Source of the DNA: Rebecca billardiae RCC1528
Taxonomy: Eukaryota; Protista; Haptophyta
DNA length: 64,000 nucleotides
Assembly: GCA_965240325.2 (NCBI GenBank)
Contig: OZ251244.1
Coordinates: 62,001-126,000, forward strand
Direction: 5' to 3'
Shown: positions 10,462-22,920 of the stretch, piece after piece
Layout: every line of letters starts with the position of its first letter
Numbering within the stretch: position 1 is the first letter of the stretch
Notes under the pieces: generated by a model
Seen by the model: the letters and a program-made list of their open reading frames with translations, nothing else
Told to the model about the DNA's origin: nothing
The model's database searches: none
Program-made: the position numbers and the translations under genes

Positions 10462-12764
10462 ATGGCGGACAACGCGGCGGCCTCGCTGGAGGACGTGCGC
10501 GTCGAGGGCGGCGAGGGCGGCGGCGGCGCTGGCGCGGGTGGCTCGGTGGCCAGCCCGCCGCGCGTTGTGATCACGCCACCCGCGGGCTCGACCCCGAGAG
10601 GGCCGCGCGTCGTCACGCCGCCCAGGCGCGCCGCACCGGGCGCGCCGCTCGCGCCGGCCGGCAACGCTGCGCCGCCGCCCGATGCGGAGAGCCGCGCGAA
10701 GCACAAGCGGCGGCTGCAGCTCGTGGTCGGGCTGATCCTGCTCCTGCTCCTCGGCGGCGGCATCTTTGTGTACTGGGTGAGCCAGCTCGGGCCCACCGCA
10801 GCCAACCGCACGGGCGAGGCTGGTCAGCCGCCCTCGAGCGGCAGCAAGGCCTCCGCCTCCTCCGAGGGCTCCGGCAGCTCGAGCGCGACGGGCGGCGGGG
10901 ACGACGAGGAGGACGAGGACGGCACGAGCACCATCGGCCTGCCCGACCTCCCCGACCTCCCCGACTGGTTCCCCGGCGGCGGCGACGGCCCGTCCCCCTC
11001 CCCCGCGCCCGTGCTGCCGTTCACGCCCCTGCGCCAGGCGGCAGAGGGCAGCGGCGTGCTCTTCGGCTCCATCCACAACGGCGTGCGGTGCGCGCGCGGA
11101 GAGGGCGCACGAGGGACGCGTCGGCGTCGCGCGCGCCGCGTGTCCACCCGCGCGCGCCCACCGTGTGCGCGCACCGGCTCATCCAGCCCCGCGCCTCCCC
11201 TGCGCGCGCCGGCGTGTGCGCCCGCGTGCGCTCCCCCTGGTTGCAACCCTCCTCCTCCTCCTCCTCCTCCTCCTCCTCCTCGTCGTCGTCGTCGTCGTCG
11301 TCCGCAGCGTGTGGGACACGGCCTCCGAGGCGGAGATCGCGCAGTACGAGCAGATGCTCACGGACAACTTCAACCTGATCACGCCGGAGAACGCGTGCAA
11401 GCCAGAGATCGTCTTCGCCGACGGCCCGGACTCGGCCGACTTCTCGCGCTGCGACCGGATCATCGCGTGGGCGGCCGCGCGCGGCATCAAGGTGCGCTTC
11501 CACGTGGGCGCGTGGGGCGACTGGAACCCGGACTGGATGAACGCGCTGCGGCCGGAGGAGAAGCGGCCGGCGTTCATCGCGTACATGAGCACGATGTTTG
11601 CGCACTTCCGCGGCATGGACGACGTGATCTACTTCGACGTGGTCAACGAGGCGGTGTGCGACAACAACCTGGGGCGGCGCACGTGCAACGACGACCCGTC
11701 CTACGGCCGGCCCGAGGACATGAACCTGCTGCGCGGAGGGGAGGGCGTCTCCACGTGGTACCCGGTGCGCGCACGCACGCGCGCAGCACGCGCGCGGGGG
11801 CGTGCGCGGCATGTGCGCACGCGCGCCCCCGCCCACCCCCTGCCCCCGCGCCCCCTCCCTCCCTCCTGCCGCACACGCAGGACATCCCGGACTACATGGA
11901 TCTCGCGTTCGAGATTGCGCGCAGCCAGCTGCCCAACGCCATGCTGCTGTACAACGACTACGGGCACGAGTCCACCGACGACCCGGCGGACCCGGGCAAG
12001 TTCCAGCGCGTCTTCGACTGGGTGCAGGCGGCGCGCGCGCGCGGCGTGCCCATCGACGGTGCGGCGCGCCCCGCATTGGCGCGCGCGCGCGCGCGCCCGC
12101 CTGCGGGCCGCAACCGCCAGCCGGCGCGCCTCGCCCTCCCGGCTCCTGCTGACCCACGGCCCCGCCGCCCCGCCGCCGCCCCGCAGGCATCGGCTTCCAG
12201 CTGCACGTCTCGACGTACCACGACGACGGCATCCCGGGCGGCATGTTCAGCGGCTGGGTCGAGGGCGTGCGCACCGCCATCCGCCGGTACGCCGCCATCG
12301 GCGTGGAGGTGCACATCACCGAGATCGACATCGGCTGCAACTTCATCACGGTGCCGTGCCTGCCCGACACGTCAGAGGCGGTGCCCGTGCCGGGCTTCCC
12401 CGACCTGTTCGGCATGAGCGACCAGGAGGCGAAGAAGGCGGTGCTGTACGCGAAGCTGCTCGACATCTGCCTCACCGAGCCGGGCTGCACAGCGTTCCAG
12501 CTGTGGGGCAGGTGCGCGCGCGCATGCGCGCGCGCGCGAGAGCGCGCCCGACTGCCCACCGCCCCGCGCGCGCACTCACGCGCGCAATCCCGGTGCTTCG
12601 CGCCGCACGCTCGCCGTGGCAGCACGGACAAGTACTCGTGGCGCACAGCAGGCGGGCTGAACGACCACGACGCGCACATCTTCGACAAGCAGTACCGGCC
12701 GAAGGCGTCCGCGTACGCGCTCGCCGCCACGTTTGCCGCGTACAAGGCGACGCTGCCGCCCTGA
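10462..12764 (+). CDS. Glycoside hydrolase family 10 (xylanase-like) with N-terminal type II transmembrane anchor (5 exons)
   Basis: ITPENACK, FDVVNE (acid/base), LLYNDY, PIDGIGFQLH across an intron, VHITEIDI (nucleophile); TM segment LVVGLILLLLLGGGIFVYW. Confidence 0.9.
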
Positions 12765-13478
12765 GCGGCGGGACACCGCTGGGGAGCACGTGCAAGCTGC
12801 TTTCAGCTTTACGACTGCGGGTGCGGTGCGCCGTCGTCAGTGAGTCGAGCGGGAGTGCGGGATGCCCGCCACCAAGCGCGCAGCTAGCGTGCGTGCATCG
12901 ATCATGCGCCGCATGATACCGCATGAGGCGCGCGCGCGATCATCGCGATCCGATCTGCGCATCATCAGCATGATATATATGCTGCTAATCATCTGATCAT
13001 CATCGTCATCGCGTCTATATCGTCGCCGTCTGGCAGTCATATCCGATCAGCGCGCGCGCGTCACACAGCCAGTGAGTAGTCACGACTACGAGTACGACTC
13101 GACTGACGACGAGACTCACGAGTGACTACGAGTACGACGCCGGGCGGCGGCCTGGTGACAGTCACTGACGACGGCAGCGGCGGCCTGAGCTGGCGACGAC
13201 GATCTATGCTGCTGCGCTATATATATATATATATACGACGACGTACTACTATACTGCTAGACTAGCGCTTGTTACAAACGTACTACATACTGCTGCTCGT
13301 CGGACACAGCGACAGCCAGCGTGACGAGCGTCGTCGGCGCCAGTTCGTTGTCAGCAGCACGCGCGCACGCAGTCACTGACGACGGCTGCTGCTGCTTAGC
13401 ACGCGCCGGCGCCCGGTCCTCCGGCCGCGGGCCCCAGCACGGCCCGCCCGGCGCTACCGGCCACAGGCACCACCTCCC

Positions 13479-14864
13479 TCACACGCGCGCGGCGGCGGCG
13501 GCGCGCTGTCGCGGCTCGTCCGCGCCCGCCTCGCCTCGGCCGGCGCCGCTCGGCGCGGGCGGCGGCGCGCCGGCGGGCAGCGGCCTGGCGCTGAGCAGCA
13601 CGACGAGCTCCTCGTGGCTCAGCACCACCAGCGCGTCGAGCCGCTGCTCCTCCGGCACGGCGAACGTGGCGCCGTGCACGTCTGCTGGCTGGTGCAGCTC
13701 GCAGCGGAAGGAGGCCTGCGCCTGCGCCAGCGCGTCGCCGACCGTGGCGTGCGCGGGCGCGCGCCAGCGGAGGCGGCCGCGTCCGGGGACGGTGAAGACG
13801 ACGCTCACGTCCTGGGGCGGCTCCGCCGCCGCGCCGCCCGCGCGCCGCCCGCCCACGCGCGCGCCGGGCGCGTCGAGCACGCTGCGGCCGCCGCCCAGCT
13901 TGCCGGCGAGCGCGCCCGCGACGCTGCCGGTCACCGAGCCGGTGACACACGGGAGGTAGCCCTCGTCAGGGCCGCCTGCGCCCACCACGACGGACTTGGC
14001 GCGCTTGCCCATCGCCTTCGCCACCTCGCCCAGGCTCGGCCGGCGCGCGCCCTCCCCGGGTAGCTCGCCCGCCGTCAGCTGCCTCGACAGCCGCCGCCTG
14101 TCCCTCAGCGCCTGGATCTCAGACTCGGAGAAGCGGCCGAGCTGCAGCTCACGCCGGGGCAGGGCGAACGCGCGCCCGATGAACCGGATGTCGCGCGTGA
14201 GCTCGTACATGGCGAGGAGCACGAGCACGGCCAGCCCCAGCGCCGCGCCCCAGAAGTCCGCCTGCAGCGCCACCCACAGCACCGACGCGAGCAGCAGCAG
14301 CCGCAGCCCGCCGATGAACCCCTCCCACGCGCCCTTGAACGACACCTGCGCACAGACCGGCACGCACGGGCGCGCACAGCGGGGCGCGCACAGGGGGCAG
14401 AGGGGGCGTGGGCCCGTGCCTCGCGCCCCGCGCGCGCACGGGCGGAAGGGGCCCACGCGCCACCACCTCCGCGTGCGCGCGCCTCGGCTCGGCTGCGCGG
14501 CGCGGTGCGGCGCGGTGCGCACCTCCATCATCTGCACGGCGCGGTGCATCGCCTCCGGCCCGGAGCCGCGCAGCGCGAGCGCGCGGCCCATCAGCGCGAC
14601 GAGCGTGGCGCGCGTGGTGGCGAAGATCTCGGCGAGCATCGCGCCCGCGATCAGCCCAAAGTACAGCGCCTCGAGCGCCCAGTGCGTCCCCTCCGGGATG
14701 GCCACCTGGTTGGTCGTGCCGACGTACGCAAAGCCTGCGAGCAGCGACGCCGGGCCGGCGAGCGTGAAGAGGCAGTTGGAGAAGTGGTCGAGCTCCTTCT
14801 GGCGCAGGGCGAGCAGGTCCACCTCCAGCTGCCGCTGCAGCATCACCTTGTCCGCGTGCAGCAT
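13479..14864 (-). CDS. Orai-like four-TM membrane protein with C-terminal extension (2 exons)
   Basis: ASLLAGFA TM1 motif after a helical N-terminus; four hydrophobic segments; intron ~14521-14346. Confidence 0.55.
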   Translation of the reverse strand: MLHADKVMLQRQLEVDLLALRQKELDHFSNCLFTLAGPASLLAGFAYVGTTNQVAIPEGTHWALEALYFGLIAGAMLAEIFATTRATLVALMGRALALRGSGPEAMHRAVQMMEVRTAPHRAAQPSRGARTRRWWRVGPFRPCARGARGTGPRPLCPLCAPRCARPCVPVCAQVSFKGAWEGFIGGLRLLLLASVLWVALQADFWGAALGLAVLVLLAMYELTRDIRFIGRAFALPRRELQLGRFSESEIQALRDRRRLSRQLTAGELPGEGARRPSLGEVAKAMGKRAKSVVVGAGGPDEGYLPCVTGSVTGSVAGALAGKLGGGRSVLDAPGARVGGRRAGGAAAEPPQDVSVVFTVPGRGRLRWRAPAHATVGDALAQAQASFRCELHQPADVHGATFAVPEEQRLDALVVLSHEELVVLLSARPLPAGAPPPAPSGAGRGEAGADEPRQRAAAAARV

Positions 14865-15052
14865 CGCCGCCGAGCCGAGCGCGGGCCGCGAGCAAGGGAG
14901 GGCAAGGGGGCCGCTCTGGCCGTCAGGAGGAAGCCATCCTTGAGCTCGACGGCGGTCTCGATTTCCTCAGCGGATTCGGTCCGGACCAAGGCCCGGACTT
15001 TCAACTTGGTGCCGAGGCTGCCCAAACCCGATCGTCGATCGATGGCGGCGCG

Positions 15053-15724
15053 ATGATGTGCTGCAGCAGCGCGTGCGTGTACGTCACGCTCGGCCTCGTG
15101 TCGGTGTGGTGGTTCTGGGCGTGGCTCCCCGAGCTGCCCGCGCTCGAGCTAGGCGCGTTCGAGCTGCCCTCGCCGGAGCTCTCGCCCGCGTGGACGCGCT
15201 GGGGTACGCGCATCGGCGCGTTTGCCGCCGCGACGCTCGCGCTGCAGGCGTGCGCGCGCGCCGCGCCGGCGCGCGCCGAGCGCGCGGCGCGAGCGCCGCC
15301 CATGCCGGTCGAGCGCGGGGCGCCGCCCGACGCGCAGCCGCACGCCGAGCCGCCGCCGGGCGCCGCGCTCGCCGCGCTCGGCGCCGCGCGCGGCGTGCCC
15401 TTCCGGCAGTGGCTGAAGCTGCTGCTGTGCGTCGCGCTGGACGCGTGCGGCGACCTCAGCTACCTGCTGCCCGGACTCGGCGAGCTCGGCGACCTGGCGT
15501 GGGCGCCGACGAGCGCGGCGCTACTGCGCGAGCTCTTCGGCTCGAACGCCATCGCGAGCATCGACTTCGTCAAGGAGGCGCTCCCCTTCTCCGACGTGCT
15601 GCCGGTGGCGACGTGCGCGTGGGCGCTGCAGACGTTTGCGCCCGGGAGCTGGGTGGCGTGGGCGCTCGGCGTGCAGCCGCACGCGGCGGCGGCGGCCGAG
15701 GGCGCGAGCGCGCGGTGGCGGTAG
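15053..15724 (+). CDS. Conserved hypothetical membrane protein
   Basis: Hydrophobic core LDACGDLSYLLPGLGELGDLAWAP...FVKEALPFSDVLPVAT; host-like codon usage. Confidence 0.7.
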   Translation: MMCCSSACVYVTLGLVSVWWFWAWLPELPALELGAFELPSPELSPAWTRWGTRIGAFAAATLALQACARAAPARAERAARAPPMPVERGAPPDAQPHAEPPPGAALAALGAARGVPFRQWLKLLLCVALDACGDLSYLLPGLGELGDLAWAPTSAALLRELFGSNAIASIDFVKEALPFSDVLPVATCAWALQTFAPGSWVAWALGVQPHAAAAAEGASARWR

Positions 15725-16080
15725 GCGGGGTCGCCCCTGCCGCGGCGCAGGTGCCGCCCCTGGCGCGCGGCACTCACGGAATGGTCAGCGCGAGAGGCGC
15801 CGCCCCTGACACGCAGCACTCACGAGCTCGCGAGTACATTTTTTTAGAAAAGAAAAGCCGTGAATCGATGACGATGATTTCTCCGGCTCTTCTTTCTCAT
15901 TGTCAGCGACCAATTAGCGCACTCAAGACGCAGAAAGTTCACGGAATGGGTTTCGGCGCATGGGCGGACTTGGGTCCGTCCGGCCACCTCATTGGCTGAA
16001 GTGACCGCCCGAGCGTCTTTTCAAGCGGAAAAGGAGCCAAGCAGCGATCGACGCCCAGCCGTCACCACCCGCGCTATACC

Positions 16081-17233
16081 ATGGCCGGCGCGCTCCTCGC
16101 GCGCGCCGGGCACGCGATGCACTACGCATTCCACGACGACGCGCGGCCGACGCAGCACCCGCGCATGCCGCACTTCGACGCCGTCCTGATGGGCTTCGCC
16201 GAGCACCCGGCCGACATCGAGCCGGGGGCGGACGAGGCGGAGGCGTCCAACTTGCTCTCGAGCTCGAAGCGCTCGGACAAGTCCTTCTACAACGGCGACC
16301 ACTACATCGGCGAGACGCAGGGCGGGAGGCGCTCGGGCCACGGCGCCTACTACTACCAGTCCGGCGACAAGTACGTCGGGCAGTGGGAGCGCGGCATGCA
16401 GAACGGCTCGGGCGTGTACACGTACGCAAACGGAGACCGGTACAACGGCGCGTGGAAGGAGGGCAAGCACCACGGCAAGGGCACGTACTACTTCAAGAGC
16501 GGCAAGATGTTCGTGGGCGAGTACAAGGAGGGGATGCCGCATGGTGCGCGCGCGAGCCGCGCCCGCGCCCGACCCGACGGCACCCGGCGGCACTCCTGAC
16601 GCGCCGACACGTCGGCGCGCTCGGCGTGCGCGCGCGCGCGGGCTGTGCGGTGCCGTGCAGGCTTTGGCGTGTTCCACTACCCCAACGGGGAGCGGCTGGA
16701 GGGCGAGTGGCGCGGCGACGCCTTCCCCGAGGTGGGCATCTACGTGTACGCCAACGGCGACTCGTACGGCGGCGGCTGGCTGCGCGGCAAGAAGCACGGC
16801 TTCGGCTCGTACCACTTCGCCTCCGGTGCGCACGCAGCCTGGCGCGCGCGCCCGCGCGCGCGCGCGTGCGGCCGGGCTGCGGCGGGCCGCGGGCGTGCGT
16901 GGCTGAGCGCGCGTGCCCCCGCGCGCCGCGCGGCGCCGTGCGGTGCCCTGTGCAGGCGCGCGCTACCAGGGCGGGTACGAGCACGGCCAGCCGCACGGCC
17001 AGGCCGTGTACGTGAGCGCGGAGGGAGAAGCGTTCGCCGAGCAGTGGGAGAAGGGGCAGCGGCTGAGCCGGAAGCCGATCGGCGACCTGAGCGACGCGAT
17101 GCACCCGCACCCGGTGCTGCACGCGCCGCACCCGGCCAAGGCCGGGCTCGCCAACGCGGACAGCGCAGCAGGCGACACGGCGCGCGCCGTCCACCAGCCG
17201 CTCGTGGCGGCAGCGGGCGCCGCCGGGAGCTAG
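16081..17233 (+). CDS. MORN-repeat protein (3 exons)
   Basis: Repeated YxGxWxxGxxHGxGxYxYxxGD motifs; introns ~16544-16660 and ~16826-16955. Confidence 0.9.
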
Positions 17234-18264
17234 GGGCGAGGGGGGCGCAGTGCAGTGTGCACGCCGACGGCGTGACGTCGTCTGCCGCGGGCGCAGGGCC
17301 CGAACCGACCGCCACGCGGAGCGGTCGAGCGCCGACTTGAACGTGTGCGGGCTGAGCGGGGCGACCGCGCCCGTGCGGCGCGGCCACGCGTCAGTGGACG
17401 CCGGCCACCCGCAGCCGCCCATTGTATCTGCAGCGCGCTGCTGCAGTGCCCACAGCAGCGGCAGCGCCGAGCCCGCGCCCGGCGTTCCTATTCCTATGAT
17501 GATATCCGGCCTAATCGGCGGTGGTAATCATATACTCACATCCGCTACTGGCTAGCTGACTGAGTAGTAGACCGGACTGACGAGTCACGCGGAGTACTGA
17601 CCCGTCGGAAAACAGTCGGATCCGCCCCGCGGCGACGGTGCCGTCTGCCGATCCGGGCCCTGGCCGCCCGGGGCCCCGGCCGCCCCGGGAGCGGCGCGGA
17701 TTAGACGGGGACTCGGTCCGCGGAGTATAACGGTACCAGTCGGAGTCCGAGGCCGAGGGCCACTACTCACAGTCACACTAGCTGACAATGAGTCACTACT
17801 CTCACGCGGTACGGCTCGGAGCTGTGAGCATTGTGGCCGACGCGCATGCACTACGGCGGCACTCCGCGACAGTGATGCGGCGGGCAGCCCGTGACAGCTG
17901 ACTCACGGAGGCCGTCGGATCGGCGGTCACAGCCGGCCCAGCAGCGGCGGCAGTACCGTGAGTTCGGCCGTAGCGGCCTCGGAACTGATCGTTCGCGGAG
18001 TGACCGCGCCGCGATTGCGGTGCCCGCCGCGGTGGCCCGAGACGCGTGGGATCGTCTCTGAATATATATATATATAGTCTGAATTGCACCGCCCGCCGTT
18101 ATAGTTTGACTACTTTGTCTTTGCCATGGGCATGGCGACGACGTCGCCTGCAGCCGCCTTCGGATCAGGGCTCTGGCTTCGGTTGACCCCTGCCAGAGAC
18201 GGGCACTGTGAGCTCCTTCATGAAGTCACTCGTGAAAACTGCACAGGAGGACCTCAATGGATGC

Positions 18265-19643
18265 CTAGCGTCTTAACCCCTATTGTGGAACGGACCCCTA
18301 TTGTGGAACGGCGCCAGTTTTTCCTATGTAGAGCTCGGATGTCGCGGAGGCGATGAGATCGGCGGCTACCGCCGTGTGCGCCTGGCCAAGGCGCGTCCAA
18401 CGAGCCCAAGAACGTCGCCATAGCCCCACCCCAGCGCCGTCCGCTGCCGATCGTTTGCTGGAGTCAGAGCTGAGAATCTGGTGTGAAAAAATGGTTTTCG
18501 GCTCCTGTAGGCCGAAGCTTCGGCCGGGAGGGCGCGCACGGTATTTTTGGGAGCTCCCCGAAAGCAGCCCGGGCAGGGAATCAAGCCGGCTTGCCGCTGC
18601 CGCACTCGTGGATGGAGCGCGAGTGACACGAATTGGGTCAGGTCAGCATGGCTGATTCCTGGGTTGGAGGGTCGAGGACGCCCCGCCGCGGCGGGGGGCG
18701 GTGCGGCGGCGCGAGCTGACTGGTGGCGATGATGAACGCGTAGCCGAAGGTGCCGGACCGTCAGGCGACGCCCAACCCCGCAAAGCAGCTGCATCGCCTG
18801 CCGACCGCGCGAGAGCCGCGCCGCGCGAAGCGGCTGGGCGCGAGTGGACTACGACCCGCCGGATGCAGCCATCAGGGACTGTGTGTAGAGCGGGGAGCTG
18901 GCGTGAGGGCACAGCTGTCGCCGACTTCGGCTCATATGCCGTGACAACGGGCCACGCTCTGTCGGATGGTGAAGGACCCGACCAGCCCGTCGAGGCCGCT
19001 GGGGCTGAAGCCGCGGCTGAGCGGCTGTGACGGTCGAGCAGATGCACACCAACTGGGTCGCGGAGATAGCGCTACTCGGCTTCGCGCCGACCACGCGGCA
19101 GGTCTGCATCGATGCGGCGCTTCTCTTCCTGCGTAGCGGCGCGCCCTTCTCGACGCTCTCCAGCATGCCCTGGAAGCGGTGGTGTCGGCGGCGGCTCAGG
19201 CGCCACGCGAAGGCGAGCGAGCGTCGATGACGGACACGCTCGTCGACCGCATCACTCATCGTGGAGAGGGTTCGCGCGGGCAAGACGTGCCCCCCGGCGG
19301 CTGCGGGGTCGAGGGCGGGTGCCCACACCACCAGCACGCCGGCGAGAGCCAGTGGGCCGACTGCGAACGCTCAGGAGCCAGCAGTGGCACCGTCCTGAGC
19401 GAGGAACCAAAATCGTTCCACAATAGGGGTCAGTCGACCGGCGTCGACGCACCTCGCGGGCGCGCGCGCGCGCGCGCGCGCGCGCGGGCTAGTTCCGAGC
19501 TCCGCACCCTCAGCGGTGTATGGTCCCTTCGGTAGGACCCATGGCCAGTACCTGACACCTTAAGATCGCTCGCCGAGCCGCACTACCTCGCCCTAGGGGC
19601 GGAAAACCCGAAAATCGTTCCACAATAGGGGTTAAGACGTTAG
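18265..19643. mobile_element. Non-autonomous TIR DNA transposon (~1.38 kb)
   Basis: 28-bp TIR CTA(G/A)CGTCTTAACCCCTATTGTGGAACG with 1 mismatch; subterminal copies of CCCCTATTGTGGAACG at ~18295 and, inverted, at ~19414; TSD ambiguous; no intact transposase. Confidence 0.75.
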
Positions 19644-20104
19644 ATGAGATGACTTCAGAGCGATATTGGGCCAACAAGCACTTCCTCTATAGTTCAGACT
19701 CTATATTGTTACTATGTATTTACCCATTTCAGACTCTGGTCAGAACACGGTCCGGGAGCGATCCGGATGCACCCGTAGCTATTGGAAATATGTCACCGGA
19801 CTGGGTAAATAGCTATATGAAAAATAGAGTCTGAAGTAGTCACAAACTGAGTTTCAGACCCTGGGCACTTATTATTGGCCATCCATATAGTAACCCTACT
19901 TGGAGCCCTGTGGGACACTTCGGGCGTTCATTCGGCCGCAGGAATGCGAAGATCATTTTCGGTACGCCCGGTTTCTATGACCGGACTGGCAGGGGTCAAC
20001 CGGAGCCAGAGCCTCAGAGCAATGAGCTCGTTGCGGACGCGCCCTCGGGTGCGGCGTCGGCGCTAGCCGCCGATCTCATCGCCTCCGCGTCCTCCGAGAC
20101 AGCC

Positions 20105-22425
20105 CTACTCCAGCTCGCCCAGCTCGGGCAGCGCGCCCAGCGCCTGCTTCTGGTAGCCGAACTTTGCGCTCAGCTCATCCACGAGCGGCAGCGCCACAAC
20201 CTCGCCGCGCTCGCCGCACTCGGCGCACGGCCCCGCCTGCCGCCCGCCCGACGAGCCGGCGGCGCACTCGCCGCAGAGCACGTGCGTGCAGCTGGTGCGC
20301 CCGACGCTCGAGCGGAACGGGCGCATGCACGAGAGGCACGTCAGCGCCGCGTCTACCGCCTCGGACGCGTTGAGCACCTGCGCGCGCGCGCGCGGCCCGT
20401 GCGCGGTCGAGCGGGCGCGGCGCGGCGCGTGAGCGGAGGGAGCGGCGGCGGCGGCGGCGGCGCGGCGGCGGCGCGCGCGAGGGCGCGCGCGCGCCTTGGC
20501 GAGCGCCGTCTTGAACTCGACCTCGCGCGCGAGCAGCCGCGCCAGCCGCCCCTGGAACTCGCCCTCGCGCGCCTGCAGCGCGGCCGCGCCGCCCTCGTGT
20601 CCCTCCAGCCGCTGCGCCAGCCGGCGCGCCTCCGCCTGCGCCTCGCGCAGCGCGGCCGCGCCGATGGAATGCTCGCGCCGCAGCCGCGCCGCCTCGGCCT
20701 CCGCCTCGTCGCGCGCGGCGGAGGCGTGCGCGGCGCGCGCCTCGAGCTCACGCACCGCCGCGCCGCCCGCCACCGCCTCCGCCGCCGCCTCGCGCCGCGC
20801 CGCCTCGAGCGCCGCCTCGGCGGCGGCGGCGCGCGCCGCCGCCTCGTCTCGCGCGGCGCCGAGCGCGGCCGCGGCCGCCTGGGCCGCCGCCGCCTCGTCC
20901 GCCGCGGCGCGCGCGCGCGCCTCGGCGGCGGCGCGCGCCGCCGCCGCCTCGTCCGCCTCGGAGCGCACGCCCGACAGCGCGCGCTCCACCTCCGCCGCGT
21001 TCGCGCGCGCCGCCTCCGCCTCGCCAGCCAGCCTCTCCGCCTCCGAGCCGCGCGCCGCCGCCTCGGCCGCGCGCGCGGCCGCGGCCGCCTGCTCGGCGCG
21101 CAGCGCCTCGCGTGCGGCGCCGAGCTCGGCGGCGAGGCGCGCGGACTCGTCGGCGGTGGCGGCGAGGCGCGCGGACGCGTCGGAGCGCGCCGACTCCGCC
21201 GCGCCCGCCGCGAGCGCGCGCTCCGCCTCCGCGCGGTCCGCGGCCGCGCGCGCCTCCGCCGCGTCCGCCGCGCGCTGCGCCGCATCCTGCCGCGCGCGGC
21301 CGAGCTGCGCGTTCAGCGAGCCAATCAGAGCGTGCGCCTCGGCCGCGGCGGCGCGCGCGCCGTCGGCGTCGCCGCGCGCCGAGGCGGTCGCCTCCTCCGC
21401 CGCGGCGAGCCGCTCGCGCAGCGTCGACGCGTCGCCCGCCGCGCCCTCGCGCGCGGCCGCCGCGTCGGCGCGCGCCGCGGCCGCGTCCGCGGCCGCCGCA
21501 TCGGCCGCCGCGGCCGCCGCCGCGCGCGCGCGCTCGGCCGCGTCGGCGGCGGCGCGCGCGTCCGCGGCTTCGCGCTGCGCCGCGTCGCGCGCCGCCTCCG
21601 CCGCCCTCGCCCCCGCCTGCGCCGCCTTCTCCCGCTCGCGCGTCGCGTCGAGCAGCGCGTCCGCCTGCCCCTTGGCGTGCGCCAGCGCCTTCAGCTCCGC
21701 ACGCAGCCGCTCGGCGGCGCCCTCCGCCTCGGCCGCGCGCGACGCGGCCTGTCCCGACGACGAGTGCGCCGAGGCCTCGGCGGCGGCGGCGCGCTGGCTG
21801 AGCGCGGACACCTCCTGCTCGAGCGCGTGCACGCGCTTCACCAGCTCGCCCTTCTCGCGCACCACCGCCTGCGCGCGCGCACCGCGCACCGCGCACCGCA
21901 GCCACAGCCGCAGCCGCAGCCGCAGCCGCAGCCGCAGCCGATGATCAGCGCGCGGCGCGCGGCGCACGCACGGAGCGCGGCGCGGCGCGCGGGCGGGGCG
22001 GGGCGCGCACCGCGTGCTCGCCCTTCAGCCGCTGCAGGTCCTGCCGCTCGCGCGCCGAGAGCTGCGAGAGCTGCTCAAAGTTGCGCTGCACGGTCGCCAC
22101 CGCCTCGGCGCGCTCCTGCAGCTCCGTGCGCTGCGCGTCGAGCCGCAGCTGCGGAGGGCGCGGGCGGACGCGCGGCCGCGCGGACGCGTGAGCGCGCGAC
22201 GCGCCCACCCAGCGGTGCGCCCGTGCGCGCGCGCACCTGCAGCGTCTGGATGAGCTGCTTGTCGTCCTGCGAGAGGGCGGCCATCTTGCTCAGCCGGTCG
22301 CCCACCGGCACGGCGGCGGAGGAGAGGCCGGCGGAGAGCGCGGCGGCGTGCATGTCGCTCACGCTGTTCTCGCGCGAGGCGCGCAGCGAGCGCGCGCCGC
22401 GCAGCCCGGCGCCCGCGCTCGTCAT
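20105..22425 (-). CDS. Long coiled-coil protein with C-terminal RING finger (multi-exon)
   Basis: Ala/Glu/Arg heptads; LTCLSC...CTHVLCGEC...CAEC; introns near 22235, 22010 and 20495. Confidence 0.75.
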
Positions 22426-22920
22426 CGCCGCGAGCTCGTCTTCACTCGGCGCGCCCAGCAACGGTCGCGGCCGCCATGGACGTTTTCCTGATTTCAAAGC
22501 AGGGAAGCTTGCATGCTTCACACTCGCACAGCAATACTGTACTGTTAAAAAAACCAAAAGGGTCTGAATCGATGAAAAGGAAGCAGCTGGCCAGTAATCA
22601 GTATTCTCATCCTGACGCACGCCCTGACAGCTCACCCCAGCCTCAGCCTGCGCCGGGCAGCTGGTCAGTGCCTCCCTGATGCCGTCGCGATGCCTAGCTG
22701 CAGACCCTCAGCAGGTAACGCGACTATCCGGTCTAGCAACAGGCGTATTATTCGTCAGCTGTCGTCTCAGAACAGCAGCGGCGGCAGCGCGCGGCGTGCC
22801 GGCGTCGTCGTCTGGCCGCCTGGCTTCGGCCGCTTCGGAGCATAGTACATTAGTAGTAGTCATTTAAGAATAAGAGCGCCGCGGGCCCGGCGCCGCGCGC
22901 GCGCGACCGGCCGGTCGCGA

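Noticed and set aside
13267-13278. GCTTGTTACAAA also at 25927, containing minus-strand TGTAA (possible poly(A) signal)
   Set aside because: Not consistently found downstream of other genes in the window; too short to support
18850-19340. Possible DDE transposase remnant inside the 18.3-19.6 kb element
   Set aside because: No convincing catalytic motifs by eye
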